A stretch of DNA of 64,000 bases, from the NCBI GenBank assembly GCA_040904825.1, contig JBBDSU010000057.1:12575-76574 (forward strand), written 5' to 3'. The position numbers were made by a program, and so were the translations under genes. How positions within the stretch are numbered: position 1 is the first letter of the stretch; each line of letters begins with the position of its first letter. This stretch comes from Nitriliruptoraceae bacterium. GTDB lineage: Bacteria; Actinomycetota; Nitriliruptoria; Nitriliruptorales; Nitriliruptoraceae. Below the pieces are notes generated by a model. It was not told where the DNA came from, did no database searches, and saw nothing but the letters and a program-made list of their open reading frames with translations. This document shows positions 28,167 to 37,834 of the stretch, piece by piece.

Positions 28167-29855
28167 ATGACGCCGACACGACACGGCCGGGCATCGACTG
28201 TGCGCTTCGCGCGAGTGTGGCTGCTGGTCATCCCGGTCGTGTTCTTGTCGGCATTTTTTTTCTACCCAGTCGCGTCCATCGTCGGACTCGGGTTGTGGCC
28301 GGATGGCAGGTTCGCGTTCGATCGCGTTGCCGCAACCGTCAGCGACCCGACGGTGGCACGCGTCGCATGGTTCACCTTGTGGCAAGCAGCAGCATCAACA
28401 GGCTTGACGTTGCTGATCGCGCTGCCTGGCGCCTACGTTCTGGCCCGCCTTGACTTTCCTGGACGCCGCGTCATCCGCAGCCTGGTCACGGTCCCCTTTG
28501 TGATGCCAACGGTCGTCGTCGCTTCGGCCTTTCTCGCACTGCTCGGTCCTCGCAGCCCTATCAACGCCACCAGCGTCGCGCTGTTTGGATCTGGGGCTCC
28601 CACCATTGACCTTCGCCGCACCGTTGCCGCCATCCTTATTGCCCACGTCTTCTTCAACTACGCCGTGGTCGTTCGCACCGTTGGCGGACTGTGGGAACAC
28701 CTTGATCCCCGCTTGGAGGACGCCGCGCGTCTCATGGGCGCGACAAGGTGGCGCACGTTTCGTGAAGTGACCCTGCCGCTGCTAGCCCCCGCGGTCTGGT
28801 CGTCTGCTGCGATCGTGTTCCTGTTCACCTTCACCTCGTTTGGCGTGGTGCTCATCTTGGGCGGTCCCACTCGTGCCACGATCGAAGTTGAGATTCATCG
28901 CGCAACCGCCCAGTTGTTGGACTTGCCGTTGGCCTCGGTGCTTGCCCTGCTGCAACTGGTTGCTGTCGTGGCAGCACTGGCCGTGTACGGCACGTTGTCG
29001 CGCCGGGTGACAGGCCAACGACTGGTCGCCGCAGACCATGCTCCCAGGCGAGCAGACGACCGGGCAAGCAAGATCCTGCTTCGCGCGAATCTGGCAGTGA
29101 TGGCCGTGCTGCTTGCAACGCCCCTGTTGGTACTCGTCGAACGGTCTTTCGCCATGCCCGATGGCTGGGGTTTGGATCACTACAGGGCGCTGTTTGCGCC
29201 AGCATCCACTGTGCTGGCCGTCGCTCCATGGCAGGCGATCCGCAATTCGTTGATCTTCGCGGCTGCAGCCACCCTGATGGCGCTGGTTGTAGGTACTGCA
29301 GCCTCGCTGGCCGCCACAGACGCGAGGTCGCTTGGCGCCCGAATCGTTGATCGTGGCCTCATGCTGCCGCTCGGAACCTCGGCGGTCACGATCGGATTCG
29401 GCTTTCTCGTCGCACTCAATCGCCCGCCGTTGGACTTGCGAGGTTCGCTGCTCCTGGTCCCTATCGCTCAAGCACTCGTGGCGACACCGTTCGTCGTGCG
29501 AACCGTGTTGCCGGTCCTCCGGTCGATCGACCAGCGACTTCGCGATGCCGCGGGAACACTGGGCGCATCACCTGCCAAGGTCTGGCAAGAGATCGACCTG
29601 CCGATTATCGGACGTGCCGTGTTGGTCGCCGCAGGCTTTTCGTTCGCCATCGCATTGGGAGAGTTCGGCGCCACCGTCTTTGTGGCACGTGCTCAGATGC
29701 CCACAATGCCCGTTGCCATCTTTCGACTGCTGGGCAGGCCGGGAGTCACCCACTTCGGCCAGGCAATGGCGATGTCAACCCTGCTCATGGTGATTACGGC
29801 TGCCGCCATTGTGGTGATCGATCGCGTCCGCGTCGGCCAGATCGGACGGTTCTGA
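28167..29855 (+). CDS. ABC transporter permease, duplicated (two transmembrane domains, ThiP/FbpB-type)
   Basis: About 560 aa with two permease halves. Start is ATG 28167 or GTG 28161, overlapping the binding-protein stop at 28164. Confidence 0.8.
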   Translation: MTPTRHGRASTVRFARVWLLVIPVVFLSAFFFYPVASIVGLGLWPDGRFAFDRVAATVSDPTVARVAWFTLWQAAASTGLTLLIALPGAYVLARLDFPGRRVIRSLVTVPFVMPTVVVASAFLALLGPRSPINATSVALFGSGAPTIDLRRTVAAILIAHVFFNYAVVVRTVGGLWEHLDPRLEDAARLMGATRWRTFREVTLPLLAPAVWSSAAIVFLFTFTSFGVVLILGGPTRATIEVEIHRATAQLLDLPLASVLALLQLVAVVAALAVYGTLSRRVTGQRLVAADHAPRRADDRASKILLRANLAVMAVLLATPLLVLVERSFAMPDGWGLDHYRALFAPASTVLAVAPWQAIRNSLIFAAAATLMALVVGTAASLAATDARSLGARIVDRGLMLPLGTSAVTIGFGFLVALNRPPLDLRGSLLLVPIAQALVATPFVVRTVLPVLRSIDQRLRDAAGTLGASPAKVWQEIDLPIIGRAVLVAAGFSFAIALGEFGATVFVARAQMPTMPVAIFRLLGRPGVTHFGQAMAMSTLLMVITAAAIVVIDRVRVGQIGRF

Positions 29856-30970
29856 TGCTGCAAATCGACAACGCCCGAGTCCGATATGGGGACTTCGAGG
29901 CGGTTCGCGGGGTCAACCTGACAGTCCTCCACCAACAGGTCATGGCCATCGTGGGACCCAGCGGCTGTGGCAAATCCACGCTGCTGAGAGCCATCGCGGG
30001 ACTCGAACCGATGGCCGATGGCGCGATCACCCTTGCTAAGCGGCGCATCGACCGGCTTCCACCGCACCGGCGCCGGGTCGGCCTGATGTTCCAGGACAAC
30101 GCTCTGTTCCCCCACCGCACCGTCGCCGACAACGTCGCATTCGGCCTGAGAATGCGCGGTGACACGTCCGGCACGATTGCCGGACGAGTAGCCGAGGTCC
30201 TGCGCCTCGTCGACCTCGATGGTGCACAATCTCGGTCGGTTGCTGCGCTATCAGGTGGCGAGCAGCAACGCGTTGCGCTCGCGCGAGCCATCGCACCTCA
30301 ACCCGACGTCCTCATGCTTGACGAGCCACTCGGGTCACTCGATCGTCCACTCCAGCGACGCCTGTTGGCCGACCTTCCCGACCTGCTCCGCAGCGTCGGA
30401 ACGGCCACGATCTACGTCACACACGACCAGGACGAAGCCCTGCACCTTGCGGATCAAGTCGCCGTCATGAACAAGGGTCAGCTCGTCCAGGTCGCGACGC
30501 CTCGCAACATCGTCCAGCAACCTGCTGATGCCTTCGTTGCCCGATTCCTCGGCTACGAGACGCTGCTCCCCGCGCGAATAGCGGATGGATTCGCCATCAC
30601 CTCGCTGGGTCGCACCCCGTTACCTGACGGGTGGGCGCCGCACATCCCACAGAACAAGCCCCATGCGTGGGTGGTGGTTCGCCCCGACGCAATCAGGATG
30701 GCTTCCGACCAGCCGGCGGAACCACCGCTGGCCACCGTCACTGCTCACGTCGAGGCATCACGCTGGTTGACCGATCGGTGCGAAGTCACGTTCACGCTCG
30801 ATGACGATTCCGCCACCACGCCTGACCGACTCGACGCCAGGGTGACAGGCGAACAGGTCGTCGGGCGCACTCGCCTGAGGATGCCCTGGTGGCATGGCGA
30901 CCCGCCCGATGACGGCGCGACGATGCAACTGACCATCGACCTGTCAGCATTACACGTCGTGGCCAATTGA
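29855..30970 (+). CDS. ABC transporter ATP-binding protein with C-terminal regulatory (TOBE-like) extension
   Basis: Walker A GPSGCGKST, signature LSGGEQQRVALARA, Walker B LMLDEP. ATGA-type junction with the permease stop. Confidence 0.85.
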   Translation: MLQIDNARVRYGDFEAVRGVNLTVLHQQVMAIVGPSGCGKSTLLRAIAGLEPMADGAITLAKRRIDRLPPHRRRVGLMFQDNALFPHRTVADNVAFGLRMRGDTSGTIAGRVAEVLRLVDLDGAQSRSVAALSGGEQQRVALARAIAPQPDVLMLDEPLGSLDRPLQRRLLADLPDLLRSVGTATIYVTHDQDEALHLADQVAVMNKGQLVQVATPRNIVQQPADAFVARFLGYETLLPARIADGFAITSLGRTPLPDGWAPHIPQNKPHAWVVVRPDAIRMASDQPAEPPLATVTAHVEASRWLTDRCEVTFTLDDDSATTPDRLDARVTGEQVVGRTRLRMPWWHGDPPDDGATMQLTIDLSALHVVAN

Positions 30971-30989
30971 CCGCCCGCCTCAAGCAGCA

Positions 30990-31009
30990 GCCAGCGCACG
31001 CACGCTGGC
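30990..31009. terminator. Short hairpin GCCAGCG-cacgca-CGCTGGC between convergent genes
   Basis: 7-bp stem read directly from the sequence. It lies between the stop at 30970 (plus) and the stop at 31043 (minus). Confidence 0.3.
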
Positions 31010-31042
31010 GTGCACGATCACCGAGGCCTTACACGCAGGCTT

Positions 31043-31471
31043 TCAACCGATCCGCGCGTCGAGAGTGATCTCAACATTGCCGGCAAGAGCCTGGGAAATC
31101 GGGCAGCCTTCTTTGGCAGCACCCGTGGCCTTGGCAAGGATCTCGTCGTCGAGTCCGTCAGCAGTTACGGCCACCTCAAGCGCACTCTTGGTAACCCCGG
31201 TGCCAGGAACAAACGTCACCGTCGCAGCGGTCTCAATCCGACGTGGCGTCGCGCCGTTGTCGGCCAATTGCTTCGACAACGCCATTGAGAAGCACGATGC
31301 GTGAGCTGCAGCCAGCAGTTCTTCCGGACTGGTCTGGCCGTTGGGTTCCTCGGCGCGCGACGGCCATGACACCGCGACATCGTCAGCCAATCCTGACGAT
31401 TCGAACGTTGCAACGCCCTTGCCCGTAGGCAGGTCGCCCTCCCAAATTACAGATGCACGGCGGTCAGTCAT
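31043..31471 (-). CDS. osmC: OsmC-family peroxiredoxin
   Basis: RASVIWEGDL...AAAHASCFSMALS...EGCPISQAL carries the two conserved Cys contexts. ATG at 31471 is preceded by GGAGAA. Confidence 0.85.
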   Translation of the reverse strand: MTDRRASVIWEGDLPTGKGVATFESSGLADDVAVSWPSRAEEPNGQTSPEELLAAAHASCFSMALSKQLADNGATPRRIETAATVTFVPGTGVTKSALEVAVTADGLDDEILAKATGAAKEGCPISQALAGNVEITLDARIG

Positions 31472-31602
31472 GTGGTGTTCTCCATACTCGACGTTGGAAC
31501 GAAACAAGTAATAGCGACGTTATCCCGTTCTTGGGCCCCCACGTTTCGGCACGCCCAACGGATGGCGCCAGCAATGACCCCAAGGTGCCCAGACCGTGAA
31601 GA

Positions 31603-32778
31603 TCAGTACGTCGGGATGCTCGGGTCAACTTGGCGAGAATAGGCATTGATACCGCCGCGCATCGAACGGGCGCGGAATCCGGCGCCACGCAGGAGTTGGG
31701 TTGACTCAAGTGATCGCACGCCCGACAGGCAGTGCATGACGTAATCCTTGGTCGGATCGAGTTCGCTCAACTTGTCAGGCAATGTGTCCTTCGGGATGAG
31801 CACAGAACCCGGAATACGGTTGATCTCGTATTCGTGTGGCTCGCGAACATCCACCAGCACGACGTCGGGCTTGTCGGCGATGTCGGCATAGTCAGTCGGC
31901 AAGATCTCGAGCTCAGCCAGTGACAGATCTGTCTCGACAACACCATCGTGCGCCGGCATGCCACAGAACGCCTCGTAGTCGATCAATGCTGTGACGGTTG
32001 GATTGTCGCCACACACGGGGCAATCAGGGTCTTTGTTGACCTTGACGTAGGTCCAACGCTGATCGAGCGCGTCGTAGAGTCCCAGACGCCCGATCATGGG
32101 GTCGCCTGCTCCCGTGATGAGTTTGATGCCTTCGATGCCTTGGGCGGTTCCAATGTGGCCAGCCATGATGCCCAGCACGCCACCTTCGGCGCAGTTTGGC
32201 ACCATCCCTGGAGGTGGTGGTTCAGGGAACATGCACCGGTAGCAGGGCCCTTCTTCCGCCCAGAAGACACTGAGCTGTCCCTCGAAGCGGAAGATCGAGC
32301 CGTACACATTGGGCTTGCCAAGGAGTACGCATGCGTCGTTGACGAGGTAGCGCGTGGGGAAGTTGTCGGTGCCGTCGATGACAAGGTCGTAGTCAGCGAT
32401 GATGTCCAGGGCGTTGTCGGAACGCAGGAACGTCTTGTGCCCGATGACCTCGACAAACGGGTTGATCTCTTTGATGGAGGCTTCAGCCGAATCAACCTTG
32501 TGCACGCCGATGTCGGACGTTCCGTGAATGATCTGACGCTGGAGGTTTGAAGCGTCGACAACATCGTCGTCGACAAGCCCAATGGTGCCGACCCCGGCCG
32601 CAGCCAGGTAGAGGGCCAGTGGTGAGCCGAGCCCTCCGGTGCCTACCAGCAGGACACGCGCGGCTTTGAGTCGCTCTTGCCCAGGCATACCAACATCAGG
32701 GATGATCAGATGACGGCTGTACCGCGCGATCTCTTCGGCGGTCAGGGATTCACGGCGATCAACTACAGGCGAAACCAC
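31603..32778 (-). CDS. moeZ: Adenylyltransferase/sulfurtransferase MoeZ (ThiF/MoeB domain + C-terminal rhodanese)
   Basis: EEIARYSRHLIIPDVGMPGQERLKAARVLLVGTGGLGSP, two CxxC pairs, and a rhodanese loop (MHCLSGVRS). GTG at 32778 with GGAG upstream gives the canonical length. The ORF track extends to 32898. Confidence 0.85.
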   Translation of the reverse strand: MVSPVVDRRESLTAEEIARYSRHLIIPDVGMPGQERLKAARVLLVGTGGLGSPLALYLAAAGVGTIGLVDDDVVDASNLQRQIIHGTSDIGVHKVDSAEASIKEINPFVEVIGHKTFLRSDNALDIIADYDLVIDGTDNFPTRYLVNDACVLLGKPNVYGSIFRFEGQLSVFWAEEGPCYRCMFPEPPPPGMVPNCAEGGVLGIMAGHIGTAQGIEGIKLITGAGDPMIGRLGLYDALDQRWTYVKVNKDPDCPVCGDNPTVTALIDYEAFCGMPAHDGVVETDLSLAELEILPTDYADIADKPDVVLVDVREPHEYEINRIPGSVLIPKDTLPDKLSELDPTKDYVMHCLSGVRSLESTQLLRGAGFRARSMRGGINAYSRQVDPSIPTY

Positions 32779-33047
32779 GGAATGCGCTCCTGGCGCGTGA
32801 GGGGACGACTGGCCAGTGTCGGCAGTCGTCAAACAACCTGCTAGCCAGCCAGTGTAAACAGTGCAATCTCGTGCAGGCGGGTCCGCATGCCCATGCAACG
32901 GCCGTCACGCAGACACACTGAGATCCGTTGGCCGACCGGCAGTACTCCCATCGATTCCTACCGCAGCGCGGGTTGGCATCTGCGATCCCCAGTAGGTTTG
33001 CGCGTAACTGCTTGCCACGTGATATCGCCGTGAGAGAAAGGCTCCAC

Positions 33048-34268
33048 ATGGTTGCCGACGACGTGGTCATTTGCTCCCCTCTCCGCACAGCCGTAGGACG
33101 ATTCGGAGGCGTGTTCCGATCGTTGACCGCTGGCCAACTGGCAACAACGGTGGTTTCCGCGATCCTCACCAGAAATTCACTGGACCCGGCCCGCGTGAAC
33201 GAAGTGATCCTCGGCCAAGCCAACCCGAACGGCGAGGAACCCGCCATTGGACGGGTCGTCGCGCTTGACGCAGGCATGCCTGTCACAACGACAGGGGTGC
33301 AGGTCGACCGGCGCTGTGGCTCAGGGCTGCAGGCAGTGATCGACGCCGCCATGCGCGTGCAGGTTGGTGCTGCCGAGGTTGTCATTGCGGGCGGGGCCGA
33401 GTCGATGAGCTCGGCCGAGCATTACGCGTCTGGATTGCGTTGGGGCACGCGCGGTGACGGAGTGACACTGGTCGACCGCCTCGCCCGCGCAAGGGTCACG
33501 GCCGGAGGACGCCATCATCCCATCCCTGGAGGAATGCTCGAGACCGCAGAGAACTTGCGGCGCGAAGGGCGCATTTCGCGCGAGGACCAAGACGCTCTTG
33601 CGGTGCGATCCCACCAACGGGCGGTCGCAGCACAACAGGCTGGCCGGTTCGACGACGAGATCGTAGAGGTAGAGGTAGCTGGGCGCCGTTCGACTGAATT
33701 GGTCACCGTGGACGAACACCCCCGTGCCGATACCACGCTCGCAGCACTCGCTGGCTTGCGGCCAGTCATGGTGGCATTGGATCCCGAGGCAACGGTGACT
33801 GCAGGCAACGCGTCGGGCCAGAATGATGGCGCAGCAGCGTGCATTGTCACTTCGCGCCGTGTGGCCGAAAAGCTTGGCCTGGAACCGATGGCGCGACTTG
33901 TTACATGGTCTGTCGCCGGCGTCGAACCGGAACGGATGGGCATCGGACCTGTTCCAGCAACAGCCAACGCGCTCCAACAAGCAAGGTTGTCACTGGGCGA
34001 CATCGAACTCATCGAACTCAACGAAGCATTCGCAGCGCAGGCGCTCGCGGTTATTCGTGCATGGGAACTGGCCGATCAAGACCTCGACCGGGTGAACGTC
34101 AACGGCTCAGGCATTTCGCTCGGTCATCCGGTTGGCGCGACCGGTGCGCGCATCCTCGCAACGCTGCTGCACGAAATGGCCCGACGCGACGCACGCTTCG
34201 GCCTCGAAACCATGTGTATCGGTGGCGGCCAAGGCCTTGCCGCCATCTTCGAACGCATCAACAACTGA
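33048..34268 (+). CDS. Acetyl-CoA C-acetyltransferase (thiolase II)
   Basis: VVICSPLRTAVGRFGG, active-site Cys context VDRRCGSGLQAV, and C-terminal NGSGISLGHPVGATG / CIGGGQG. ATG at 33048 follows GAGAGAAAGG. Confidence 0.9.
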   Translation: MVADDVVICSPLRTAVGRFGGVFRSLTAGQLATTVVSAILTRNSLDPARVNEVILGQANPNGEEPAIGRVVALDAGMPVTTTGVQVDRRCGSGLQAVIDAAMRVQVGAAEVVIAGGAESMSSAEHYASGLRWGTRGDGVTLVDRLARARVTAGGRHHPIPGGMLETAENLRREGRISREDQDALAVRSHQRAVAAQQAGRFDDEIVEVEVAGRRSTELVTVDEHPRADTTLAALAGLRPVMVALDPEATVTAGNASGQNDGAAACIVTSRRVAEKLGLEPMARLVTWSVAGVEPERMGIGPVPATANALQQARLSLGDIELIELNEAFAAQALAVIRAWELADQDLDRVNVNGSGISLGHPVGATGARILATLLHEMARRDARFGLETMCIGGGQGLAAIFERINN

Positions 34269-34291
34269 GCGACGGGCTTCCCCGGAGAGTG

Positions 34292-34846
34292 TCAGACGTT
34301 CATGCCCATGGCACGCAGTTCGTCGCGGACGTAGTCGGCCATCATGTCAGTCGACCACGGCGGATCGAACGTGAACTCCACATCGACATGATCGACACCA
34401 GGCATAGCGCCGAGAATCACCGAGCACTGTTGATGGATGATCTCCGTGAGCGGGCAGCCCATCGACGTCAAGGTCATGCGCACATGGACATGGCCTCGTT
34501 GCGGCTTGAGGACTTCATACACCAGTCCCAAGTCGACGATGTTGTAGCCGATTTCAGGGTCGATGACGGCGCGCAACCCGTTGAACAGCGCGTCACTCGG
34601 CGGCATTCCGTCGTCATCCAGTGGCAGGTCGGCAAACGGGTTGCTTCGTTCGCCGGAAGCTGTCCCACCCGGCACGCCGGCAGGATCGTCTGCACGACCC
34701 GAGGGTGTATCGGCCTCAGGAATTTCGTCGTCGACATCGACAGCTGAACCGTTCGAAGCCGGTGCGTGGTCGTTCATCATGACGTCTTCCTTCGCGTGGT
34801 GAATCTCGCGCTGGTCGGCCTGGTCGATCGGTCGATCAATCTCCAT
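34292..34846 (-). CDS. DUF59/MIP18-family Fe-S assembly protein (SufT-like), last gene of the suf operon
   Basis: LRAVIDPEIGYNIVDLGLVYEV...VHVRMTLTSMGCPL is the DUF59 signature. An acidic, low-complexity N-terminal region precedes it. Confidence 0.8.
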   Translation of the reverse strand: MEIDRPIDQADQREIHHAKEDVMMNDHAPASNGSAVDVDDEIPEADTPSGRADDPAGVPGGTASGERSNPFADLPLDDDGMPPSDALFNGLRAVIDPEIGYNIVDLGLVYEVLKPQRGHVHVRMTLTSMGCPLTEIIHQQCSVILGAMPGVDHVDVEFTFDPPWSTDMMADYVRDELRAMGMNV

Positions 34847-35303
34847 CGTGGGTCACGCTGTGAGCCGAAGCGCCCTGCTGATGGGTTTCGATGGCATCAC
34901 GTACCGCCATCCAACCCAACAACGCGCACTTGACCCTTACTGGGAACTTCGCAACGCCTTCGAAGACGACCGCGTCCCCCAAGTCCTCAATTCTCTCGGG
35001 CTCGTCCCCGTGCATCATGAGACGGAATTGCTCAGTCAATTCAAGGACATCCTCAAGTCCACGGCCGGCCACGACGCCCGTCATTACTGACGCTGATGCC
35101 TGACTGATCGAACACCCTTCACCGTCAAAGGCAATTCCATCGAGGGCTCCGTCAACGACTCTGATGCGAAGATCCATCTCATCGCCGCACAACGGATTGG
35201 AGTGATGGACGTGCACACTCTCGCCATCGAGTGACGGAGCCCGATTCTTGGGCTTGCGATAGTGATCCAGGATGATCTCCTGGTACATCTCCTCCATCGA
35301 CAT
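34836..35303 (-). CDS. sufU: SUF-type Fe-S cluster scaffold/sulfur acceptor SufU (NifU/IscU-like)
   Basis: YQEIILDHYRKPKN, NPLCGDEMDL, EGCSISQASAS and VKCALL carry the conserved Cys/Asp ligands. Confidence 0.85.
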   Translation of the reverse strand: MSMEEMYQEIILDHYRKPKNRAPSLDGESVHVHHSNPLCGDEMDLRIRVVDGALDGIAFDGEGCSISQASASVMTGVVAGRGLEDVLELTEQFRLMMHGDEPERIEDLGDAVVFEGVAKFPVRVKCALLGWMAVRDAIETHQQGASAHSVTHDGD

Positions 35304-35314
35304 GGTGTCCGCCT

Positions 35315-36547
35315 TTAGCGCGCGAAGAACGAGCGCGCAGCGAGCACGCCCTCGATCAACGGTTCGATGTCATCGTGGTCGTTGTAGACATAGGCACTCG
35401 CCCGCGTTGTCGCCGTGACTCCGAGACAACGCATAAGCGGCTTGGCGCAGTGGTGGCCGACTCTGACGCACACCCCTTTGGAGGACAGCATCGCGCCCAC
35501 GTCGTGAGGATGGACGCCGTCGACTGTGAACGAGATCGCTCCGCCACGAATGGCCGCGTCCGACGGGCCAAAGATCTCAACTCCGTCGACATCGCCCAGC
35601 GCCGTCATGATCTCTGCGGTGATCGCAACCTCGTGCTGCCTCACGTTGTCCATGCCAAGATCTGTCAGCATCTGCGCGGCCGCAGCGAGACCTGCACCTT
35701 CAGCGATGGCTGGTGTGCCCGCTTCGAACTTGTGCGGCAGGTCGTTCCAGGTCGCACCGTCCAACGTCACGTCGCGGATCATGTCACCACCGGCCAAGAA
35801 CGGCTCCATGCCATCGAGTACCGATGGCTTCGCCAGCAGCAGACCGATGCCAGTCGGGCCAAGCATCTTGTGGCCCGTTATCGCGTAGAAATCGACGTCC
35901 AGCTGACGAAAACTGACGGGCAGATGCGGCGCCGCTTGTGCACCGTCGACGTGCACCACGACCTCTTTGTTTGCAGCGCGTGCCAGGTCGCGGACCGCAG
36001 CGACATCGTTGATGGTCCCGAGGACATTCGACACGTGAGTGATGGCGACAAACCTCACCCGCCCATCTGAAACCAGCGCGGCCGCCTGCGACAAGTCCAA
36101 CTGGCCATCATCGGTCAGTGGAATGTGACGAACTTCGAAACCCAGATCTCGCGCGGCGTAAGTAAACGGGACATGGTTCGCGTGATGTTCCATCGTCGTG
36201 GTCAAGATCGCATCGCCAGGCCCGAGATTGCGTCGCACCCACGAGTAGGCCACCAGATTGCACGCTTCGGTGGCGTTCTTGGTGAAGATGACACCTCGCT
36301 CGTCGGCATCGAAGAACGTCGCCAACGTGCGGCGAGCATTCTCGAACAGGTCGGTGGCCTCCTCGGCGAGCTGGTAGACGCCACGATTCACGTTGGACCG
36401 GCAGGTGCGGTAGTAGTGGTCCATTGCATCGAGGACCACTACTGGGGTCTGCGAACTTGCTGCCGAGTCGAGGTACACCAGACGCCGCCCGTCGAGCTCC
36501 CGCGACAACGTCGGGAACTCCTTGCGGAGCGTCGCTACATCGAACAT
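35315..36547 (-). CDS. sufS: Cysteine desulfurase SufS (class II)
   Basis: FPTLSRELDGRRLVYLDSAASSQ, PLP-lysine context ITGHKMLGPTGIG, and active-site loop RVGHHCAKP. Confidence 0.9.
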   Translation of the reverse strand: MFDVATLRKEFPTLSRELDGRRLVYLDSAASSQTPVVVLDAMDHYYRTCRSNVNRGVYQLAEEATDLFENARRTLATFFDADERGVIFTKNATEACNLVAYSWVRRNLGPGDAILTTTMEHHANHVPFTYAARDLGFEVRHIPLTDDGQLDLSQAAALVSDGRVRFVAITHVSNVLGTINDVAAVRDLARAANKEVVVHVDGAQAAPHLPVSFRQLDVDFYAITGHKMLGPTGIGLLLAKPSVLDGMEPFLAGGDMIRDVTLDGATWNDLPHKFEAGTPAIAEGAGLAAAAQMLTDLGMDNVRQHEVAITAEIMTALGDVDGVEIFGPSDAAIRGGAISFTVDGVHPHDVGAMLSSKGVCVRVGHHCAKPLMRCLGVTATTRASAYVYNDHDDIEPLIEGVLAARSFFAR

Positions 36548-36655
36548 GGTGTCCTCGAGGTGGTGGCGTCTTGCTGACCTGCCCTTGTTGTCATCGTGCC
36601 TTACGTCGTGGCCATCGGCCAGCTTTGGCGGTGGCCAACGTGCCGACTGGCCATA

Positions 36656-37405
36656 TCACGTTCCCGCTACCAGGGACTGAATGTCCTCGTATCCATGGGC
36701 TTCGAGACGGTCGGCCAGCTCAGGTCCGCCGGACGCTGCGATCCGTCCTTCGAACATGACATGGACCTCATCCGGCTGGATGTAACGCAAGATCCGTGTG
36801 TAGTGGGTGATGATCAGGACACCCATCTCAGGTCCCCGCAGACGGTCAACGCCTTCGGAGACCACCTTGAGCGCGTCGACGTCGAGGCCAGAGTCAGTCT
36901 CGTCGAGGATCGCCAGGCGAGGTTTGAGCAACGCAGCCTGCAAGATCTCAAAGCGCTTCTTCTCGCCGCCTGAGAAACCTTCGTTGACGGACCGCTGAAG
37001 GAATGACTCACTCACCCCGAGCGAGGCCATTTCTTCCTTCAATCGCGCCATGAATTCGCGGATCGGAATCTCTTCGTCCGCGGTCGCGTTGAGCGCTGTG
37101 CGCAGGAAGTTGGTCAGCGACACGCCAGGAACCTCGACCGGATACTGCATCGCGAGGAAGACACCCAAGCGGGCGCGTTCATCGGGGGTGAGGTTGTTGA
37201 GCTCAGTCCCCTGCCAGGTCATCGTCCCGCCCGTCACGTCATAGGCGGGGTGGCCTGCGATGGTGTAGGCAAGGGTGGATTTTCCGGAACCGTTGGGGCC
37301 CATCAGGGCGATCGTTCGTCCCATATCCAGATCGAGGGACACGCCGTGCAGCAATTCGGTGCCGCCAGCTTCAACGGTCAGGTCGCGGATCTCAAGGTCA
37401 GCCAT
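36656..37405 (-). CDS. sufC: Fe-S cluster assembly ATPase SufC
   Basis: LEIRDLTVEAGG, Walker A GPNGSGKST, FSGGEKKRFEILQ, ILDETDSGLD. Confidence 0.92.
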   Translation of the reverse strand: MADLEIRDLTVEAGGTELLHGVSLDLDMGRTIALMGPNGSGKSTLAYTIAGHPAYDVTGGTMTWQGTELNNLTPDERARLGVFLAMQYPVEVPGVSLTNFLRTALNATADEEIPIREFMARLKEEMASLGVSESFLQRSVNEGFSGGEKKRFEILQAALLKPRLAILDETDSGLDVDALKVVSEGVDRLRGPEMGVLIITHYTRILRYIQPDEVHVMFEGRIAASGGPELADRLEAHGYEDIQSLVAGT

Positions 37406-37501
37406 GATGATCGATTCTCTCGTGGTGATAAACGTTGGATGTCAGTAATGGTCGAACGTCGTGCTGTGCTCAGGGTCTGAGATTCGGGTAAGTAATCGGG
37501 G

Positions 37502-37834
37502 TCAGTGCTCTGGAAAGGGCGCATCATTGGTTGGCGAGGTGACGTCCACGTAGACATCGTCGCCGTCAACGGTGACGGGAAAGGCCGGTACCGCGCGCAA
37601 TGCCGGCAACGATGACGGCTCGCCACTGTCGAGATCGAACGTCGAGCCATGCAGCGAGCACTCGATGCCGTTGCCCCAAACCATGCCTTCGGCCAGGGAC
37701 CACTGCTGGTGGGAGCAGGTGTCGTGGATCGCTTTGACTGCGTCACCCAACCTGACGAGGCATACGGGCACACCGTCGACATCGGCCCGCATGGGGGTCG
37801 CTTCCTGCAATTCGGACAGTTTGGCCGTGGGCAT
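37502..37834 (-). CDS. Rieske [2Fe-2S] ferredoxin-like protein embedded in the suf operon
   Basis: CSHQQWSL ... CSLHGSTF gives the CxH...CxxH Rieske ligand pattern. One-nucleotide overlap with the sufD stop. Confidence 0.8.
   Translation of the reverse strand: MPTAKLSELQEATPMRADVDGVPVCLVRLGDAVKAIHDTCSHQQWSLAEGMVWGNGIECSLHGSTFDLDSGEPSSLPALRAVPAFPVTVDGDDVYVDVTSPTNDAPFPEH

Noticed and set aside
32759-33385. 208-aa minus-strand ORF over the moeZ/thiolase divergent region
   Set aside because: It overlaps the thiolase 5' end in antisense and has no motif. The region is better explained by the two divergent promoters.
36548-36655. 108-nt gap between sufC and sufS with a 17-codon mini-ORF and inverted repeats
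   Set aside because: It has no recognisable RNA motif or RBS-supported ORF. It is probably just an intercistronic spacer.
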